Made by a program: the position numbers and the translations under genes | DNA from: Aotus nancymaae | Taxonomy: Eukaryota | Assembly (NCBI RefSeq): GCF_030222135.1 | Contig: NW_026988422.1 | Location: forward strand, 32,810,919-32,874,918 | Direction of reading: 5' to 3' | Length of the DNA stretch: 64,000 nucleotides | Shown: positions 59,759 to 64,000 of the stretch, piece after piece | How positions within the stretch are numbered: position 1 is the stretch's first letter | Layout: every line of letters begins with the position of its first letter | The notes under the pieces: model-generated | The model's database searches: none | The model's input: the letters and a program-made list of their open reading frames with translations, nothing else | Told to the model about the DNA's origin: nothing

Positions 59759-60295
59759 GTAAGACCTCTGGGGTGTAGTCATCTGAGGGTCAAATAAATA
59801 AGACACCTAGGTCTTAGCTTGTGAGGATAACTGAGTGTACATAGGGACAAGATTGGGTACAGACTGCGAGAGGAAAGCTGTGCTATTTCTGTAAAGAATT
59901 AGCTTGATTTGGCTTCAGTATCTGGTGTAGCCACTGGAGGGAAAGGAGAAGGGGCTGAGGAGGTGGAAGAATATGTAGAAAATGGGGAGATCTTTTAGAA
60001 GACTTCTGAAATGTTAAGTAAATATAAAGGTCAAGTGACCCAATATATACAACTTAACTATTTTAGAATTTGGAAATTAGCTTCTTTGAAATGATTCCAT
60101 CTTTGGGGTTGTGATCATCTTGGGTAGGAAGAAGGCTGTAAGGTGCTACCAGCTCTTCAGGCTGTTCATGGTAGCATAGGAAAATAACAGGAAGGAAAAC
60201 AGTTTATTTGTCTAGATTCCTAGCCCATGGTGCCATTATTCCCTCAGCATAGTTTGTTTGGATATACCTGTAATTGGGATATACTTCTTGTACAG

Positions 60296-60442
60296 TTGCA
60301 TAAATATGAAGAGAATTATGGGGAGGCCCTGGAGGGCTTCTCTCGGGCTGTAGCCCTGGACCCTGCCTGGCCAGAGCCCCGGCAACGAGAGCAACAACTT
60401 CTGGAATTCCTGGATAGATTAACCAGCCTCCTTGAGAGTAAG
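60296..60442 (+). CDS. TTC5: TTC5 exon 7 ([49 protein letters not shown])
   Basis: ORF track 60227..60505. Acceptor tgtacag, donor gtaaaa. Confidence 0.9.
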
Positions 60443-60618
60443 GTAAAAATGTCTAAAGGGCTGAATTCTACTTTTTTTATATTTTGCCGTGGGTCAATAA
60501 AATAAGAATAACTAGGTTTAGGAGGTAGTAACCCTATAGAAGTGGTGGGAGGGAAGGATTAGAATCTCAAGGAGGGTGATTAGTTTCCAGCTTCTTATCT
60601 GTTTTGCCTTCTTTGCAG

Positions 60619-60833
60619 GGAAAGGTGAAGGCCAAAAAGCTGCAGAGCATGCTGGGAAGCTTGCGCCCAGCCCATCTAGGCCCTTGTGGTGATGGACACT
60701 ATCAGTCAGCCTCTGGGCAGAAAGTGACCCTAGAGCTTAAGCCACTGAGTACACTGCAGCCTGGGGTGAACAGTGGTGCCGTCATCCTGGGAAAGGTGGT
60801 ATTTAGCCTCACCACAGAGGAGAAAGTCCCCTT
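60619..60833 (+). CDS. TTC5: TTC5 exon 8 ([71 protein letters not shown]); the remaining 3' exons lie beyond the window
   Basis: ORF track 60604..60837. Acceptor tttgcag, donor gtgagt. Confidence 0.9.
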
Positions 60834-61214
60834 GTGAGTTTCTCTTGGATTTTCCCCTTTTTACCCTTTTGAACAAATTGCTCTCATTTCTTCTTTCTCT
60901 GACAGTTGAGGACATTGTTAGTGGTCACAGATTTGTGACTTCTGATTTCCTCTGTGACTATCCCATGGGCAGATATTGCCTAGGTGATATTTAACAATCT
61001 TTTGATCACAGAGGCTTTTGTAGATTCTGTCACTGCCCATTTTTTAGCCCTGAGTTTGGTGTCATGTGGATTCCTATATCCATAGTTGAAATTTGGCAGG
61101 ACCTATTTTTTTTTTTATAAGACAGAAACCTTAAAATTCTGTCCTTTTGTGTTTTCATGATCACAAAAGTTAAAGGAGGACAAATTCTTTTTTTTTTATT
61201 TTTATTTTATTTAT

Positions 61215-62065
61215 TTATTTATTTTTATTGCATTTTAGGTTTTGGGGTACATGTGAAAAACATGCAAGGTTGTTGTATAGGTGCATACGTGGCAGTGTGA
61301 TTTGCTGCCTTCCTCCCCTTCACCCATATCTGGCATTTCTCCCCATGCTATCCCTCCCCAACTCCCCACCCCCCTGCTGTCCCCCCACTCCCCCACAACA
61401 GACCCCCGTGTATAGTGCTCCCCTCCCTGTGTCCATGTGTTCTCCTTGTTCAACACCCGCCTATGAGTGAGAACATGTGGTGTTTGATTTTGTGTTCTTG
61501 TGTCAGTTTGCTGAGAATGATGGTTTCCAGGTTCATCCATGTCCCTACAAAGGATGTGAACTCCTCGTTTTTAATGGCTGCATAATATTCCATGGTGTAT
61601 ATGTGCCACATTTTTCCTGTCCAGTCTATCATCGATGGGCATTTGGGCTGGTTCCAGGTCTTTGCTATTGTAAACTGTGCTGCTATGAACATTCGTGTGC
61701 ATGTGTCCTTATAGTAGAACGATTTATAATCCTTTGGATATATGCCCAGTAATGGGATTGCTGGGTCAAATGGAATTTCTATTTCTAGGTCCTTGAGGAA
61801 TCACCACACTGTTTTCCACAATGGTTGAACTAATTTACACTCCCACCAACAGTGTAAAAGTGTTCCTATTTCTCCACATCCTCTCCAGCATCTGTTTTCT
61901 CCAGATTTTTTAATGATCGCCATTCTAACTGGTGTGAGATGGTATCTCAATGTAGTTTTGATTTGCATTTCTCTAATGGCCAGTGATGATGAGCATTTTT
62001 TCATATGCTTGTTGGCCTCATGTATGTCTTCTTTTGTAAAGTATCTGTTCATAAAGGAGGACAAA
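61215..62065 (-). mobile_element. L1 (L1PA-like) 3' end: ORF2 C-terminus plus 3'UTR, 5'-truncated
   Basis: ORF track 61450..61692 (-) reads ...AAQFTIAKTWNQPKCPSMIDW... and 61801..62064 (-) reads ...[45 protein letters not shown] poly-T/TTTA tail lies at 61185-61230. Confidence 0.85.
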
Positions 62066-63513
62066 TTCTTACTCCTGTTTGTACTTAGGTATACTTAGGC
62101 AGTTCTGAAAATTGAGCTTTGAGTTATAATTTAAAGTCTGGTTGGGAGATTGTCTTAGATGTCATTCAACAAATATTTATTGAGCATGCATATATGTCAA
62201 AGGGAGTGAGAAAAAAGAAATGTAAAGGACACGGGTGCAGGTGCTTCTAGCAGCAGAGGAAATGAATTAAGAATATTTATTTGGAAAATTTTTGGATCTT
62301 GAAAAGTTAGGGTTTAGTGAGTGCCACCATTCCTTGATCCTTCACTTACTTCCTAATCCCTGGTGGACTGGCTTCCCCCTTCTCTCTTCTACTGAAATTG
62401 TTATTTTCCTAGGATCACCATTGTCTTTATAGGCACTGGATCCAGCGACTTCCATTGCATGGTTCCAAAACATTCTGACTATTGAATATGTCTCACTATT
62501 GTCTTTCACATCCCTTCTGTTCCAACCAAACAGAAATATTCACAATTCCCATTATATGCCCAAGCTTTCTCCATGGTATTTTCTACGGGTTTGTGAGTTT
62601 GATGAGTTGAAGAGCAAAAAGATGGTTGAGAACAGTTTGGTTAACTAGAGCAAACCCTAGAACTGAGAAGAATTATAAAGGGATATAAACAAAGAAAGGT
62701 TTTGGACGACTGTCAGAACAAACAGATATTTTGCAACTTCTTGGTTTCTCTTTTTCTGCCCAACTTTTAAATCTTGGGTTCCCAGGACTCTGTCTTGTTT
62801 TTTTTTCTTTTTTCTCTTTATACCAGGCTGGCCTCTAGTTGCCAACTTTGATCACTGGTCAGTGGTTGCGTGACATACTGTGTAGAAGGATTCTGAGGCT
62901 TTGACTGGATCCATTAGGAGAGTGCTTTGCTTGATTAGAGTGTTTCCTGTGAATTTAGGTGTGTCATGTGATGGCATGAGTACAGTTCTTCTTCATCCTA
63001 TCTATAGATCATCATGCCTTGTGATGTCGTGTAAACCCAAGTCTCCTGTATGCTCACAGATATATCTCCAGCCCAAGCTTCATTTTCAAGTTTTGGATCC
63101 CAATAGCCAACTGCCTCTGGGTTCTAATAAGAAATCTCTAACTCAGTATTTCAGTATTACTCACCGAAATCTTTCTCTGTAAACCTGCTTCTCTTCCTTG
63201 GATTCCCTGTGAATGAATATCACCTCTCAGTCACTTAATTAAGACTTTTGGAAGAATAGTCTTCTCCATTCTCTTGCATTGAGGCCATTGCCAAGTTCTA
63301 TAGATTTGCCTTTTTTTCTTCTGTAGACTTGACTTCTCTGTCTATCACCTTAATTCAGGCCCTTATCACTTCTTTAAATAGGTCTTCCTGATTCCCTGGT
63401 TTACTCCAGTGTTCCACAGTGCTGTCAGAGAAATGTTTCTCAGATGTAAATCTGACCATTGTTACTTCTTATTTAAGATCCCTTATTGGTACTACATGTA
63501 GCTTTTGGGTTAA

Positions 63514-63812
<299 letters not shown>

Positions 63813-64000
63813 GCTTTTGGGATGAAGTTTGAACTACCTAGCTTAGCATACAAAGTCTTTCATGATTTGCTCCTTGCTTTTTTTTCCATTATCTTCTGTC
63901 ACTTTCCCACTTGTGCCTTTTGTTTCAACCATGGAACTATTTTGTTGGTTTTAGAACAGCTGTTTTCAGGCCTCTGTGTCTTACATACAGTTACTCTGCC

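Noticed and set aside
60773-60994. ORF directly downstream of TTC5 exon 8 (…TVEDIVSGHRFVTSDFLCDYPMGRYCLGDI)
   Set aside because: It does not encode the expected next TTC5 segment (FTFGLVDSDGPCYAVMVYN...). It is read-through into intron 8. The real exons 9-10 are not in this window.

Overview
This window is a 64-kb stretch of a catarrhine primate genome. It is clearly not human: the sequence carries many substitutions relative to the human sequences I recall. The segment is collinear with human 14q11.2 in reverse orientation. The gene order is PARP2 (minus strand, all 16 coding exons, 570-codon short-isoform ORF), then a shared bidirectional promoter of about 230 bp, then RPPH1 (plus strand), the RNase P RNA H1 gene transcribed by Pol III. 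Next comes about 5 kb of repeats. CCNB1IP1/HEI10 follows on the plus strand, with a candidate non-coding first exon near 20.8 kb, a box C/D snoRNA in its intron that resembles SNORD126, a second CpG island near 37.2 kb and three coding exons at 39.0, 42.1 and 44.9 kb. TTC5 follows on the plus strand, with a CpG promoter at 48.7 kb and coding exons 1-8; the gene continues beyond the window. About 30% of the window is Alu (roughly 65 copies), several from a young, nearly identical subfamily flanked by target-site duplications. There are also L1 3' fragments, a MaLR LTR broken up by Alus, and a large TA/CA microsatellite. I found no prokaryotic features, no CRISPR array and no evidence of a novel or undescribed biological system. 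This is a known, densely repeat-filled housekeeping-gene locus. Most six-frame ORFs in the track are translations of Alu or L1 sequence or of CpG islands. Exon coordinates were set by hand from splice signals and matches to recalled protein sequences. They may be off by 1-2 nt. One run-length inconsistency near 7.4 kb was resolved in favour of the ORF track.
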